A DNA stretch of 64,000 nucleotides, taken from positions 1 through 64,000 of the forward strand of contig NMRA01000230.1 in assembly GCA_002633005.1 (NCBI GenBank), read 5' to 3'. A program made the position numbers and the translations under genes. The stretch comes from Phoronis australis. Its lineage: Eukaryota; Animalia; Phoronida. The notes beneath the pieces were generated by a model that was not told the origin of the DNA, did no database searches, and saw nothing but the letters and a program-made list of their open reading frames with translations. Positions within the stretch are counted from its first letter, which is position 1. Each line of letters opens with the position of its first letter. Shown here in pieces: positions 50,703 through 63,381 of this stretch.

Positions 50703-50940
50703 CAGTGTGGCTCAGTGGAGTGAGCTCTAGACGCCCGTTTGGGAGACCTAGGCTCCGAATACACTTACTGGAAGACAATCGAGCTTTGCACAAAGTTGTC
50801 CCCTACTCCTGTGAGCTCGATTTTATTAGGGAATTTATGCAAGGGAATGAATGAGAGCCTAGATGTAACGCTGAAGCGATTTCTGAAGCTGTGCTCAAAC
50901 TAAAAAAAAAACAATAAAATTTAAAGCATACATGTATGCA
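50703..50940 (+). mobile_element. tRNA-derived SINE-like insertion
   Basis: A-box-like GTGGCTCAGTGG head and A-rich tail; absent from copies A and B (A reads TTGCGCATTGGAGCAGA at ~15186). Confidence 0.65.
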
Positions 50941-51315
50941 CTGGAGCAGATTCGAACGTGGGATAGTCTTCCGATGAGCGAGCTCTCAAATAGGAGGCAC
51001 GTTGATGAGATCACATGATGCCATTCTTCTACATTGGTTCTATCCTCACTAAACGAGTATGAACTTAACCATAGATGCCTCTAATTAAAGATCTGCATGT
51101 GTACTTTTAGCAGTCACACAAATTTGAATCAGTGAAAACTCGCCTGCTTGACGGCCATGTTGGATCGCTATTGCCATACATGTACCTCTATGTCAAATAG
51201 TGTCACGCGGCTAGTGACAAAGCCTGTGGTCAAATTGGGTTTTTGCTATAACTCAGCAAGTGAAATCATTAGTGAGACAGCGTATTGTTTGGGTAGATGG
51301 TAAGGATAACTTTAA

Positions 51316-53643
51316 AGGAGAATGTCACCCAAAAACAACATATTTTGTATCAATTTAGATTGAATAGTTCTACTCGATGACGGCACACTCGGTTGCGTTA
51401 CCTGACACCTGACGGCAGACGGAAATTATCCAATGACGTCATTGGTTTCACACGCAGTGTGTTCATCAGTTCACAACACGGGTTACTGGTGTCAGCTTAT
51501 CGCTTGCGCTTGAATTCATTGTTCAACACCAATCAATCATCAAACTTCGATGTAAAACCTTTAAAAATACACTGATTTCTTATAAAAACGAGTTGGCCAA
51601 TTTATCAATATCCGTAGCAGGAGTTTGGAGTCTGTTCGGAAATAAATTTGAAGTATTCTTCTGTGAAATACAGACAGGAGAACCTAGATCTGCGTTGTTT
51701 AAACTTGTGGTTTTTTGAGTTCTAAACACAAAAAACGCTGGTTATCCCGGCCAGTGGCTCGGAAACCGATCTGGCCCGTCGCGGCTGGACTGACTGGTTA
51801 AACCGACCAGTGGCTCGGAACCCGATCAGGTCCGTCGCTGCCGCCGGGACTGGCACAAACACAAGCCAGCTTGAGTTGGAAATTAAACCTCCAGTCACGA
51901 AAAGACTATAATAGTGAGCCAAAGAAATAATGTGCGCTTAATTATTTATGTGAATTAGCGCGAAGTCGGGTTCTCCTTCCACAGACCGTCAGGGCAATGG
52001 TTGTACAGTAACAATGATTTGAATAATGTATTTGTATTTCTAAATAAAGATTACCCTAACATGTGACCATAGCATATAAAATCGAGTAGTTGTTTCACAA
52101 CAGCTTTCTGTCAGCAAAAACTGAATTAGCATGCGCTCACACGGCCTCGGTGCCCGGTCATGAGTTCATTAGTGCATCTAAAGCCGGTAACGCTGTGATT
52201 TATTCATTGCTCGCTTTTCAAAACATTTTCACTCACGAACACTCAAAGGCATTACAAATTGTATCTAGCAGGACAGACTTTGTTTCAGTTTTATGTGCCA
52301 TTTTCACTACAAAAGTTGTCACGGATCAGCTGACACGGAACGAGTTGTTCCAGCGCAAGTATGTGTGTAAACGGTACTGAACTGGAGCAAATCGACACCG
52401 CCGCGACATCATTTGCCACCCCGTTTGTGAGGTAGAGCAATTTTCGCTAGAACATCTTGCTCCGCGTCAATTATGTGTCTAAACGCGAAACTGGGACAAG
52501 GCGGAAAGGATCATCTCTACTGGCGCTTGTGTAATGATCTCAATACGGGTTCTTTGTTTCTTCAACTCCCGTGATTTGTAAATCTGCGCATGTGCTACTT
52601 CCGTCTTGCCACAGTTAGTGAGTGAGTTGTGTGAGTAAACAGAAGCTTGATACCGATCAGTTTGCTCCGTGTCAGATGCGCCGGGTCAAAAGTTGATATT
52701 TAAACATAAGCATTGGTTAGGGTGAGAATAATTCATTTTGAAACAGAACGCAAAATTTAAACGTCAACGTGGCAACTCGCAATCCCGACCTGGACTGGTG
52801 CTCATCCGACGAAGACTTCACAGGTCGATCGTTAGGTTTCACAGGAATCCACTGATCAACAAATAATAAAGAGGCTCCTTGAACGTGCACAGAAAACGAA
52901 ACATATGGATAGTTCCGAAAACCGTTTGAATGACTTGTCCCTGAGCTAACCGCACGAAAAGAGTGACGGTTAGGTTTGCTGACACGAAATTCCGCAAATG
53001 AAACGAATTCTTGGAGAAGAGAAATTGTGTCTCATGGACCATCCTAATTTTGCACCGCATCTCTAAAGGTGGGCCTACGACGTTTTTTAGAACTCAGAAA
53101 AAGCGGAACTGGCCGAAAACATCTTACGCCCAGACGACCATGCAGAAGTCTCACGAACGAGTCAGTCATCAAACAGGATGTAAAAAACGTTATGTTCTCA
53201 TGCCTTGAATTAATTGTACTCGTTTATGTTTTCATGGCCTATTACAGTTTTCCATAATCAAAAACTGAGCAACAATCGATCCGACGAAAGGCAGGCCACT
53301 GACAGACACGGAGAAGTTTCATGGAAATATTTTAACGGCATACTTTTCATTCTTCACTACAACGAGCCACTTCCGAAGCATTATGGGCTCTCGAGGAAAT
53401 CGAAAAAACAATATATCCGCTTTCCTCGCAGATTCATAGTTCGCACAAGCGGGAACAATACACCACACCATAGCCGCGCTCCCTTCTCCGAAGAACCACA
53501 GACGTCGCTGCGTCGTTTCTCACCGTCCTCACAGGTTAACGCGACACCTCTCGGCGAGGTACGATGGACTGTATACGAGGTGAGGTGGATATAGACTGAT
53601 TAAGACGGCAAAAAAGACTTTTTAAATTGGGTGGCATTCTCCT
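51316..53643 (+). mobile_element. Kolobok DNA transposon derivative (2328 bp) with KolX-like remnants
   Basis: TTAA TSD (51312-51315, 53644-53647); TIRs AGGAGAATGTCACCCAA / TTGGGTGGCATTCTCCT; plus strand C*HEIPQM..CLMDHPNF (~52977-53062) and RCVVS..DGLYT (~53506-53583). Confidence 0.85.
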
Positions 53644-54865
53644 TTAAGCAATTTTATAAATTAGGCTACACTGTGTATTGAGCTCAATATACTAGAACCT
53701 AATGGACTGAACATAAAACCTTCTTAAATTATATCATTGAATTTTTACGCAAAAATGTATCATACACTGTATTCATTACACCATATCTTAAATGTCAATT
53801 GTCATATAGTGTTATAGTGTTTGATTTTACTTTATTTCTATTTCTGTTGACAAAGGACGTTATTACATCCGAAAATTTCAGTTGATCCATTCTTGTTGTT
53901 TTATTTACCTATTTATGTTTGATCAACAAATTCGTTGATTTCTGATTTACTTGTTTGTGTATCTACGAATATCGATAGATCCATTGATGATTTTTGACAA
54001 TTAGAAGCTAATCTTGTAAGAATTGGTGACAATTCAGTGAATTTAATTGCTGCCTGAAGTTGGAAAAACTCTATAATCCTATCCCCAAGAAGTAACGTAC
54101 ACTTACACGATTTTTGCATATCTAAAATAACTCTCAAAGACAACGATGGAATTCGTAAACAACCGTAGACAGAAAAAAGCGTTTTAAAAATCCGTAAAAA
54201 TAAAAAAATTAAACTCATCTCTTGGAAAGGTTATCTTCACAGTTCCTTGGTGTTTTTCGTTTCCAGTAGTACTGAGTAATGATTTTTTTTCTTCAAAACT
54301 GAATTGATTGCTTTTCTTGACTGACGTATCCACGTTAAAAATAAGATGTAACCATGCAGTAGGCCGCGCAGACTCTCAGCGATAACCACAAGGACTAAAT
54401 TTGAACTGCAAACGTTCAGGAAGTATGTAAATTTTTGAGACACACTATCCTTTTCCTCAGCCACCAGAAACTGAACCACCGGTCGTGTTTCAAGTAGGGA
54501 TTTTGAAACAGCCTCAACGACACTTTACCAGGGATTTCGGGACCCCATCTTTAAAAAAAACTTTCAAAGAATGACCCTAATAAAATAAAGTTTTCCCGAA
54601 ACTGGATCACAATAAAACGAATCTTGACCTTAGAAAGACCACAGACGGCCGGTACGAGCTGCCTGTCTCAAGTGAATCGTAGTTGTGCTGACCGGCAACT
54701 AGCTTTAGTTCATCGAAAATTTCGTATTTTCACAATGTTAGATCTCAGCTATAGCTACTTGACGCATCTCCTCGCTACAGGTCAGTGTACAGGTCCTAGG
54801 CCCATTCTTACTCTCCGTGTTTGTTCACGGTTACTCAACTCATAATGGCTAGATGCCCGGGATTC

Positions 54866-55014
54866 GAGAGGCGGATCCATGATTTTGAGTTGGGGTAGGG
54901 TTGAGTATTAGTCAGGGTTTTACCAGTCAGAAATATTCACCTCCAAACAGCCAAATGGAATCTGGGAGAATTTTAGGGAGGTCATGGCCTCTTGGCCCCC
55001 TAAATCCGCTTCTG
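54866..55014. mobile_element. Degenerate copy of the 43252-type hAT MITE
   Basis: AGAGGCGGATCCATGATTTTGAGT...AATCTGGGAGAATTTTAGGG..GTCATGGCC..TAAATCCGCTTCTG; TSD not preserved. Confidence 0.7.
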
Positions 55015-58000
55015 TGCCTCCCCACGTGGGAGATTCGGTGGCATCGGGAGGACGGGGGCGAGGAGGAGGGGAGTAACGGAGGTGGTGGCCATGGGGGAGT
55101 TATTTGGCGGCGTCCAAATGGTTTGTGCCCCCCAATACTTTTTGCCTTCCTACGGGCCTGCTCTTAGGATGATTGTGAAAACTAGCTTATATGATTTTAG
55201 TGTGAAGAGGACGGTTGACTATAATTTTGTGACTTCAGTTACTGTGGCGCCTCCTAGTGGTAGATTTTGTGCTCTTAGCTGTATGCAATATCTTTATTAA
55301 TTTTAGCTAATGTATTTACATGAAGTTGACAATAGAAGACGACAACTTTCAGACGGATCTGAAGAAGGCTCTGGTCTCTAGTGACAATTTCATTTTTTTC
55401 TTTTCCTCTGTTTCTCTAAGGTTCCTTGACGAATTTTCATTGTCATAAAATTGTGACATTCCTTATTTTTTGATAGATTCAAAGTATTTTGCCCTATCTA
55501 GTGGACATTTTCATGATACAAATAAACACGCCTAGAAGCACACCGTTTGCGGTGCATTTGTGGGCGCATTTCAACGCTCTGCGTTGCTCTAATGAATATT
55601 GTTTTTCGCCAGAGTTCACGTTTTAGTAACGTGAAAAACGTAAACATGTGTTCCAATGTCGCTTGTTTATTTTTTAAAGTTAAAACATGCACAATATGAA
55701 TCAGGATCAGTAACTTTACTTTCTGGAAAGTCCTACAATGCAACCAATGTGCACATTTCAAAGCTACATGTGCTATACCTGCATAGCCACAACGAAAATC
55801 TGATATACATGTATGTCTATCTAAAACACGATCTAAAATAGTATCAGCTGATTTGCAATGAGTTTCTCAAGTATTTTCGAATCGCTAGTACGTACAACGA
55901 CAGGTCAATAATTTATCATTTTCTCATCAACTGGGTTGACGTCTACATACTCTGCAATGTCGGAGAAATTTGATGTATCCATGGATAGGTGGTAAACAAA
56001 GGACTGAGGTCCACAAACATGTTGGAAAATATGTTTGAGGTCCTGAGAAGACAAATGGTCGTATCAAGGTACCCATTGACTTGATTAAGATATTTTTGTA
56101 GGAGTCACGTGACAACATGTGAAACCTGCCTCAAGTACGTTTTGTGACCTCTGTGATAACGCATGATACTTTTAGAAAGTAATCAAAACAAAACCAATAT
56201 TGCGGGCAAACGATCATCAAATAGCATGATGATCAGCTTGAAAAAATGTGACGTAACTCGGAAATTAATGCAAAGAGTCACCTTCCTAGAAATAAAAGAC
56301 AAATATTTAGAAGGAAAAAATCAAACCTTCAACATTCTAATCTCTTCACCGAAAACAATCACGCATGAAAAAGGCCGCATGATGGCATCCATGTTTGCAA
56401 CATTAACGCCATGTTGGATCATAGAAAAACATCGTAACTGAAAAAAGGTTTTAAATTGTTTTTAAAGTGCTCCAGTTTTGTGCGAGTTTGTTATAAAAGG
56501 ACTTAAGGATTTTTATGACAAAAGTTACATGGAACAAGAACGAAACGATAATTTAAAAAAACTGCAACGGCGTTTTTAAGTTTTCATTTTGAAAGTTTAT
56601 ACCATTTGAATTTCGGTCAAGTTCTTAACTAAGTTTTCCTAAAAAGCAAGATCACGTGACGTAATCAGTGACAGATTGTTTCATTTAGGAATTGTTTACA
56701 ACCCAGATATAATGCTTCGCGGTTTCTGGGTTTGTTATTATTTCTTTGTATGTTCTGTGTATCCTTCAATAAATATATATCGCAGTGACAGATTGTCACA
56801 AAGTAAACAAAATCAAAGTCTACCGTATTTCTGCTTTCAGAAAATATATGTTTTTGATGAGTTAATTCTATAGTTTTGTAAAAATTTGACTAAATGTACA
56901 GACTTGGCGATATAGTCCTCCATCACCTTCAACAATGTTGTAAACTACAATGCATAGCGAGCTACATTGAAGTCTTGCTTGGTACCTGCGTNCCCCCCCC
57001 CCCCCCCTAGCGGACCCGGGAGCATCGAAGTTTGACCTACTTCACGAGAATGTAAGCTGGTGAAAAAAATGAAGCTTAGATGTTTTGATCGCTTTACACA
57101 CGACAGGAATACATGACACGAATCATTAACATTACACCGAGGCGTGCAGCGTTAGACAAACACAATGAACGACACTATTTGATTAGTTGTTAATTGGATT
57201 TGTGATTAAAAATCTTGTCAACACTCACAGTAAATATACATGTATCACGCTTCAGTCGCGCGCTGTGCAAACAGTCTTCAATGCCTGCCCTTGTACTTAG
57301 TTACTGAAGTTACGTTTGAAAGACAGCGACAGAATTACATGTACGTCGTTTTTTATACGTGTAAAAACTGAGAGATACCTTTATTTTGTGATATGTTTCA
57401 CAATGACGAATACATATTTTCACTGATATAAACAAGTAAGAGACTGGAGATGTTCTGATATTTTATTATTTTTGGCTATTTGTGGTACCCAGTGCCGGAA
57501 ATACAGGACCTGCATATATGACCTTTTAATTACTGCATTTTTATTTTGAATATGGCCAATCGGCTCAGAAAACATCATTTAACAAGAGATCGCGTGCACA
57601 TTCTGCGGCCCAGAGCATGTTTTACATGTACATGTACACCTCATACTGTAATTGTGTGCTCGACCACGAACATCGTCAATCTTGGAAAACAATGCGCGTT
57701 TTCTCGTATCTCTTACTATCTCGTAAATTGGAGTGATTCTTCTGATAAATAAAACTACGGTAAAAAGTACAACGACTATTTCTTTACAATTTCCAATAAT
57801 AAAACTGACACTGATTGGTAGTGCCAGTTCTGTTCCAGCACCACTTTTCTGAAATGCGAATGCACGTTCTATCAGTCTTTCGTCAACTTACGTGGCATTA
57901 TGGCCACCATCCAAGGCTGTCAATCTTCATCCGCGAATAATCATTCTTAATATTTGTTCACATCTCATCATCTCCTAACGCATGACTATGCTCAAGTAAG

Positions 58001-58801
58001 TTTTAATTACCGTGATTTTAATTTCTAAAAATCAATAGCGACGCTATTGATGACCAGAATGTTTAAGCAGTTGGGACAGATTGGGATTATCATTGCTAAT
58101 AGCGTTGACATACTCAGAGCTTTGCACACCTGTGGAAATGAAACGATAATAAATAACATTCCCTTGTATTTCAAACTATTTCCAAAGTTGGATATAATCC
58201 GGCTGTAAACACACTATCGATTTTCAAATTAAATGACAATGTTGTGTCGTAGCCAACTTGTTCCATCGATGTTACGGTAAAAATCACGAGAAGACTCACC
58301 TTGAATTATCCCGAACGTTTCCATTGCAAAATTTTGCCGATGTTCGATGACAAAAGATTTTTTACGTAAAAACTTTTTAATCTATCTCATTCGCAGCCCT
58401 TGACTGTCTTTGCCTGATCCGCCGGTTCAACCGGCTTAGACATACATGTATGGGTTTGTTTCATGGATACTTACTTGAAACGTAAGACTGATATTTTATC
58501 TTACGTTCTCATTTCACAATATTACGGAATAATGCTTTAAATAAGTAGATATGAGCACATCGCCGTCTAGAAACATTTTGAAGGGATTATTTCAAAAACT
58601 AGCAGGGGCGTGTATATTATAAGAAAGTGAATTTGTGCTCATGTGAGATTTAATTATTTTTCAAAAACAGTTGTTTGAAGTGTAGGACCGAATTTCTGAC
58701 TTAGGTCGTAGTCACTTTTCATGAAACTGACCCCTGATTGGTCTGTCGACTGGAAATTGTCACCGAGAACCAATCAAATGTTTTCACTATAAAGACGCTG
58801 C

Positions 58802-59140
58802 GGTTGGCCAGTAGTGAAATATACCAAATAAACACAGAAAAACCAGGAACCCCAACTGGGAATCGAACCAAAGGTCACTAGATTGCTGTGTTTATTTGAT
58901 ATATTTCACTACTGGCCAACCTCAGTGTTGATTTTCTTAAATATATAATTGGCCAAATCTCATGTGAAAAAGGCGAAACGCCGCTCATGGGATGTACACT
59001 GTATGACATAACATTTGGCTGTAAACAGTAATTGCCCATACATGTATATGGGGTCCTCGGTAGGTCAGTGGTAAGGGCATTACACCAATCTAGAGACCTG
59101 TGGTTCGAGTCGCAGTTGGGTTTCCTGATTTTTCTGTATT
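58802..59140. repeat. Two oppositely oriented tRNA-like/SINE heads and a 36-bp-stem hairpin
   Basis: A/B boxes GGTCAGTGG..GGTTCGAGTC at 59063-59111; inverted copy at ~58833-58885; stem 58802-58837 pairs with 58886-58921 (1 mismatch). Confidence 0.75.
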
Positions 59141-59949
59141 GAAATGTTTTATGTGGCTGACGTGGCGGAATAAGCCAAGCCAATCAAGAGCAGCTTGTAC
59201 CATCCAATCATTTTGAAGAGGAATGCGTTACAACAGATGTGTATCGCGTCTGCTTCGCCACTTAACCTTTGAAATATACACGTAACTCAGATTTACATTG
59301 CCATAACCTCGCAATTGTTTCCTGGTAAGCAGTTTTGATAAACCATTTTCAAAGAAAACTCCTTGTAAGAATATAAGTTCTTAGTGCTGAGTAAGTGTTG
59401 TCATAGAAACTGATTAACACCACAAGATTTATATAGGCAATGAGTATTTACATTGGCAACTAGCCAAAACTCGACATGGGTACTTCGCGTGCGTTTATGG
59501 GCCATACATCGTTAAGATGAATACTGGTATAATCACCCGCTTACGTGGAAAGGGACTAATCAGTTCGCCCATAACTGAACTACATGTCAACAACCAATCA
59601 GAAGACCGTACACATTGGTGCTAAGGACACCCAAGGGTTATTTTTTTTCTACTTGAGAAGCGTTTAATCACCAGCTAATTTATGCGCACACTTAAGCGCC
59701 GTTGAATAGGATGATCGCTTGTGCACACAAAGACAAGTTCCGACGTTTACCGAGAAGTCCAGTTACCATAGCGTACTAGTTAAGTTATGCGCGAATTTTC
59801 AAGAATGCAAATAAAATCTATTATATCTCTGACAGTTACCAAGAAGCACAAAAAATATTTCTGACTAGTTTGAATATTAGTCACCTGCGTGATTACGTCT
59901 AGTGTGCCTTAAGAAGAGATTAGGGCAGGTTGTCTTAAGAACGAACAAA

Positions 59950-60024
59950 AATTTGTCATCGAATACGCAGAAGGTGGTCTCGGCAGGTGCATTGAACTGA
60001 CTAACAACTCAAACGCGCACACAG
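59950..60024 (+). other. Candidate non-coding first exon of the octapeptide-repeat gene (start approximate)
   Basis: Perfect donor ACAG|GTAAGT at 60024/60025; the coding exon at 61491 has an acceptor and so needs an upstream exon. Confidence 0.4.
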
Positions 60025-61512
60025 GTAAGTCAGATTCGTGTTTATTCTATTCTTTTACTTTAAGTAAAATTTTTATCAGAGATATGTGTACGATTCACTT
60101 TAACGGTAGTTTTTATTTTTGTACTAATTTTTTCATATAGTGGTAAGCAGTATCGAAAACTGAGAAAGAAAATTAATTGTAATTTCTCGAAGTTTTGTCA
60201 GTCATTCATTTAACTTAAATTGCTGCCCGCTAGCCGTTTAAACGGCGTTTTCGAAGAAGAAAAATAAACATTTCCAATCTTCGGCACACTGAGTGTGCCT
60301 GGAAGCTTGTTCAACTCTTTCATAAAACCAGCATATTAAATATTCTTATTCAGGGGACAAAATACAGTGCTAACTTGTCCTGTATTCCCAGCAGGGGAAC
60401 AACGCTCACCCTTTAACTCTACAGTGTCGCGATTTTGTTTATATCGTTAATGCCACAATGGCGGATAAAACCCCATCAACATTTAAATAAGTTAAATTTC
60501 TAGCTGTCGATATTCATAAAAGTAAGCTTCAAAATCAGTAGCTAATGATTACGGTTATGAACGGTTTCAAATTAAGTCAAAATTGAACAAAATAAACATA
60601 CGGGTTTTCCGAGACGCCACATAGTTTCACCTTAAAGCTGCCACGTATGCTTGTCTCCAACCTCTGTCAGAATGTAACTTATATTTAGAATACCTGCCAT
60701 TATGAAACTGCTTTCAACTGGTTCCTTACAAAAATTAAAACGTTTTGTGAACCTGGAATGAACATTCAATTTGTCTTTTTCGCGCATCAGCATCAATAAA
60801 TTTACTTCTCATGACTGGCCATTAACAAGAAGTGCATGAAGTCAGTTTACATTACGAGCCGAGCATGGCTTCCAGAAAATAACGAACTTCCAGTTAGGCC
60901 CAAGCCAACAAAACCCTCCGAACCTGAGTAGGGAATAAGTTGAAACCACTTTTGTAACAGTGAATGGTCTTAATTTACAGCTTATATTGTACTGAAGAAC
61001 AGTTAGTCGAAACCTCAAAGGGGCATTATCGATTAAATGACAAAGACACATTTTTTTGATTACTGCCGGATGACATAAGACTTCTTGAAGTTATAAGCTT
61101 TAATCAGGATTATAAAAAACACAATCCGGAATGTTTTTGTGATTTTATTCCAAATTTCCACTTTTTGCAGTTGTCGGTCAGACATTTGCTGACATCAAGA
61201 CCAACGACTTTACAAGTTGATTACGTTAAAAACATTCCATCATTGGAGTGGGGTTTAGCTTCTCCAGTTAGTCGTTTGTCAGCCACCGCGGGGACTCTAT
61301 GTTTGAGTTCGTGTTGAGGTTCACAAAATCATCACGTTTTACGTCGATGATAACCCTTAAATTGAAGATTCAAAGAAAATCAACATGCGCTTATATATGA
61401 AAAGTTTGAAGAGAATTACAATAAAACCATGCTCAGAATTTTATCATTGTACAACAGAAAGCTTGTATCTTTTGCCTTTTTTACTCTTAGAACACACCAC
61501 ACAGACATCAAG

Positions 61513-61561
61513 ATGCGCCTTCATTTGCTCATTACAGCTTCGCTGTTAGTCACAGCGTTAG
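61513..61561 (+). CDS. Octapeptide-repeat secreted protein, signal-peptide exon (MRLHLLITASLLVTAL-G)
   Basis: Acceptor TTTTTTACTCTTAG at 61490, AAGATG context, donor G|GTAAGT, phase 1. Confidence 0.88.
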
Positions 61562-61875
61562 GTAAGTACACTATTGATTTTGTGATTGTTTTTACCAGTG
61601 TAACGCCTATAAGGTTTCAGCGTTATTAAAATTTCACAGGGTCAGTATCTTGAAAACAACATGTTTAATATTTCATAACCAATTTTCAAAATGCGTTTTA
61701 CTGCAGCGGTCAAGCGACTTACTCTTATTTTTACGTCTTCAGATACATATAGCTAGCTTAGAACAGAAAATAATTAACCTCTTAGTCTAGAGTCGACTAC
61801 CACCACATGAAAAAAACTAACAAAGTATAATGGCATTTATTACTCCCAACCAATGGCTATGTACATGAATTTTAG

Positions 61876-63185
61876 GCCAAAACACCACTGAGTCGTCTTC
61901 AACAACAGTAGTGGCTTCTGATTCATCAACAGCGACCGCGTCAGATTCATCAACGGCGGCTGCGTCAGACTCCTCAACGGCAACTGCCTCAGACTCATCA
62001 ACGGCAGCTGCGTCAGATTCATCAACGGCGTCTGCGTCAGACTCTTCAACGGCAATTGCCTCAGACTCATCAACGGCAGCTGCGTCAGATTCATCAACGG
62101 CGTCTGCGTCAGACTCTTCAACGGCAACTGCCTCAGACTCATCAACGGCAGCTGCGTCAGATTCATCAACAGCGACCGCGTCAGATTCATCCACGGCGTC
62201 TGCGCCAGACTCCTCAACTGGAACTGCGTCAGACTCATCAACAGCGGCTGCGTCAGATGCATCAACGGCGGCCTCTTCTGAATCTTCTACAGGAGCAGGG
62301 TTAGATTCTTCAACAGCGGTTGTGTCAGACTCATCAACGGCAGTTGCTTCTGAGACTTCAACAGCTGCAGGGTCCGAGACGTCAATGGCAGCATCGTCCG
62401 AATCTTCGACAGCGGCTACATTTGACTCTTCTACGGTGGCCACTTCAGATTCATCAACGACATCATCATCAGAGGCGTCAACAGCAGCTGCGTCCGAATC
62501 TTCAACGGTGATTGCATCAGAGTCCTCAACAGCAGTAGCGTCTGAATCTTCAACGGCGGGAGCTTCCGAATCCTCAACCACAATAGTGTCTGAGTCCTCA
62601 ACATCAGCTGCGTCTGAGTCTTCCACAGTGGTAGCATCTGAGTCATCTACGGTTGCAGCTTCAGATTCTTCTACCGCGATATCGTCAGATTCTTCAACAG
62701 CAGCAGCCGCAGAATCTTCGACAGCACGAGCCTCAGAATCTTCGACGGCGTCGGTTTCAGAATCGTCCACAGCGGCATCCCCAGACTCGTCTACGGCGGT
62801 ATCGTCAGACTCTTCAACGGCGACAGCACCGGAGGCCACAACGGCTGGAGCTTCTGATACGTCAACACAAGCAATTTCAGATTCTTCAACCACTGCAGCC
62901 TCAGAAAGCTCAACGGCGGTAGCTTCGGAATCTTCTACTGCGGCAGCATCAGAAACCTCAACATCGGTGGCGTCAGAGTCTTCAACGACGGCCGCCTCTG
63001 AATCTTCGACTGCTGCAATGTCGGATTCGTCAACCGTAGCAACAGGAGAAACATCAACGGAGACTAGCAAAAACACAACGTCGAGCGTGTCCAATACCAC
63101 AACAGGTGCAATGAACTCTACGTCGGGTAATGGAACGATGTCTAACGCGACATCATCTGCCTATGCCTCAACCACTATCGCATCT
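61876..63185 (+). CDS. Ser/Thr/Ala-rich acidic repeat exon (mucin-like, 48 x A-S-D/E-S-S-T-A-x)
   Basis: TTTTAG|GC joins in frame (G-QNTTESS...); 1310-bp open exon; donor TCT|GTAAGT; six N-x-T sequons flank the repeats. Confidence 0.88.
61914..63065 (+). repeat. Coding 24-bp tandem repeat, 48 units, with a 72-bp higher-order repeat at ~61986-62170
   Basis: Consensus GCGTCAGAYTCWTCAACGGCRNNN; no indels across the array. Confidence 0.92.
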
Positions 63186-63357
63186 GTAAGTAACCTACTA
63201 GTGGGCATCAAGGCTTGAATTCGATGTTGAAGTTCGAGTGTTGCGTTCCGTAGACGCAAAAAAACCGCGAAAACTCAAGATCACGTTATATAGCGCCATG
63301 CATATTACGCAAAGCACGTCATTAGGTTAATTTTTCTCTTGAATGTCTTGCATCTAG

Positions 63358-63381
63358 GGACCCCAGTGCAGGTTTGATTGA
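63358..63381 (+). CDS. Candidate terminal coding exon (GPQCRFD-stop) of the repeat protein
   Basis: TTTTTCTCTTGAATGTCTTGCATCTAG acceptor; the phase-0 join gives 7 codons then TGA; unsupported otherwise. Confidence 0.3.
   Translation, partial: GPQCRFD

Larger units (their letters stand above)
45870..51311 (-). pseudogene. Copy C: diverged relic of the lectin-like locus (3'UTR and intron-2 homology only)
   Basis: 46675-48882 aligns to A 10730-13802 and 50415-51311 aligns to A ~14925-15600; the exon 3-4 interval is replaced by mobile elements; exons 1-2 not found downstream. Confidence 0.75.

Noticed and set aside
52803-52838. Penelope-type minimal hammerhead-like motif CCGACGAAGAC..GTCGATCGTTAGG (also CTGATGAG at ~44953 and CTGAAGAAGGC at ~55359)
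   Set aside because: Catalytic core is broken (no intact CTGA plus GAAA pair); cannot support a ribozyme without an Infernal search
59051-59125. Possible tRNA gene (also 37551-37620)
   Set aside because: A/B boxes are present but I cannot form a convincing acceptor or anticodon stem; embedded in repeats, so SINE-like
61817-63100. 427-aa minus-strand ORF rich in V/D/E/S/A, plus overlapping shorter ORFs
   Set aside because: Antisense shadow of the 24-bp coding repeat; signal peptide and splice sites support only the plus frame
61911-63218. ORF-track 435-aa single-exon protein
   Set aside because: Starts at GTG and runs through a consensus donor at 63185; it is an internal exon, not a complete CDS
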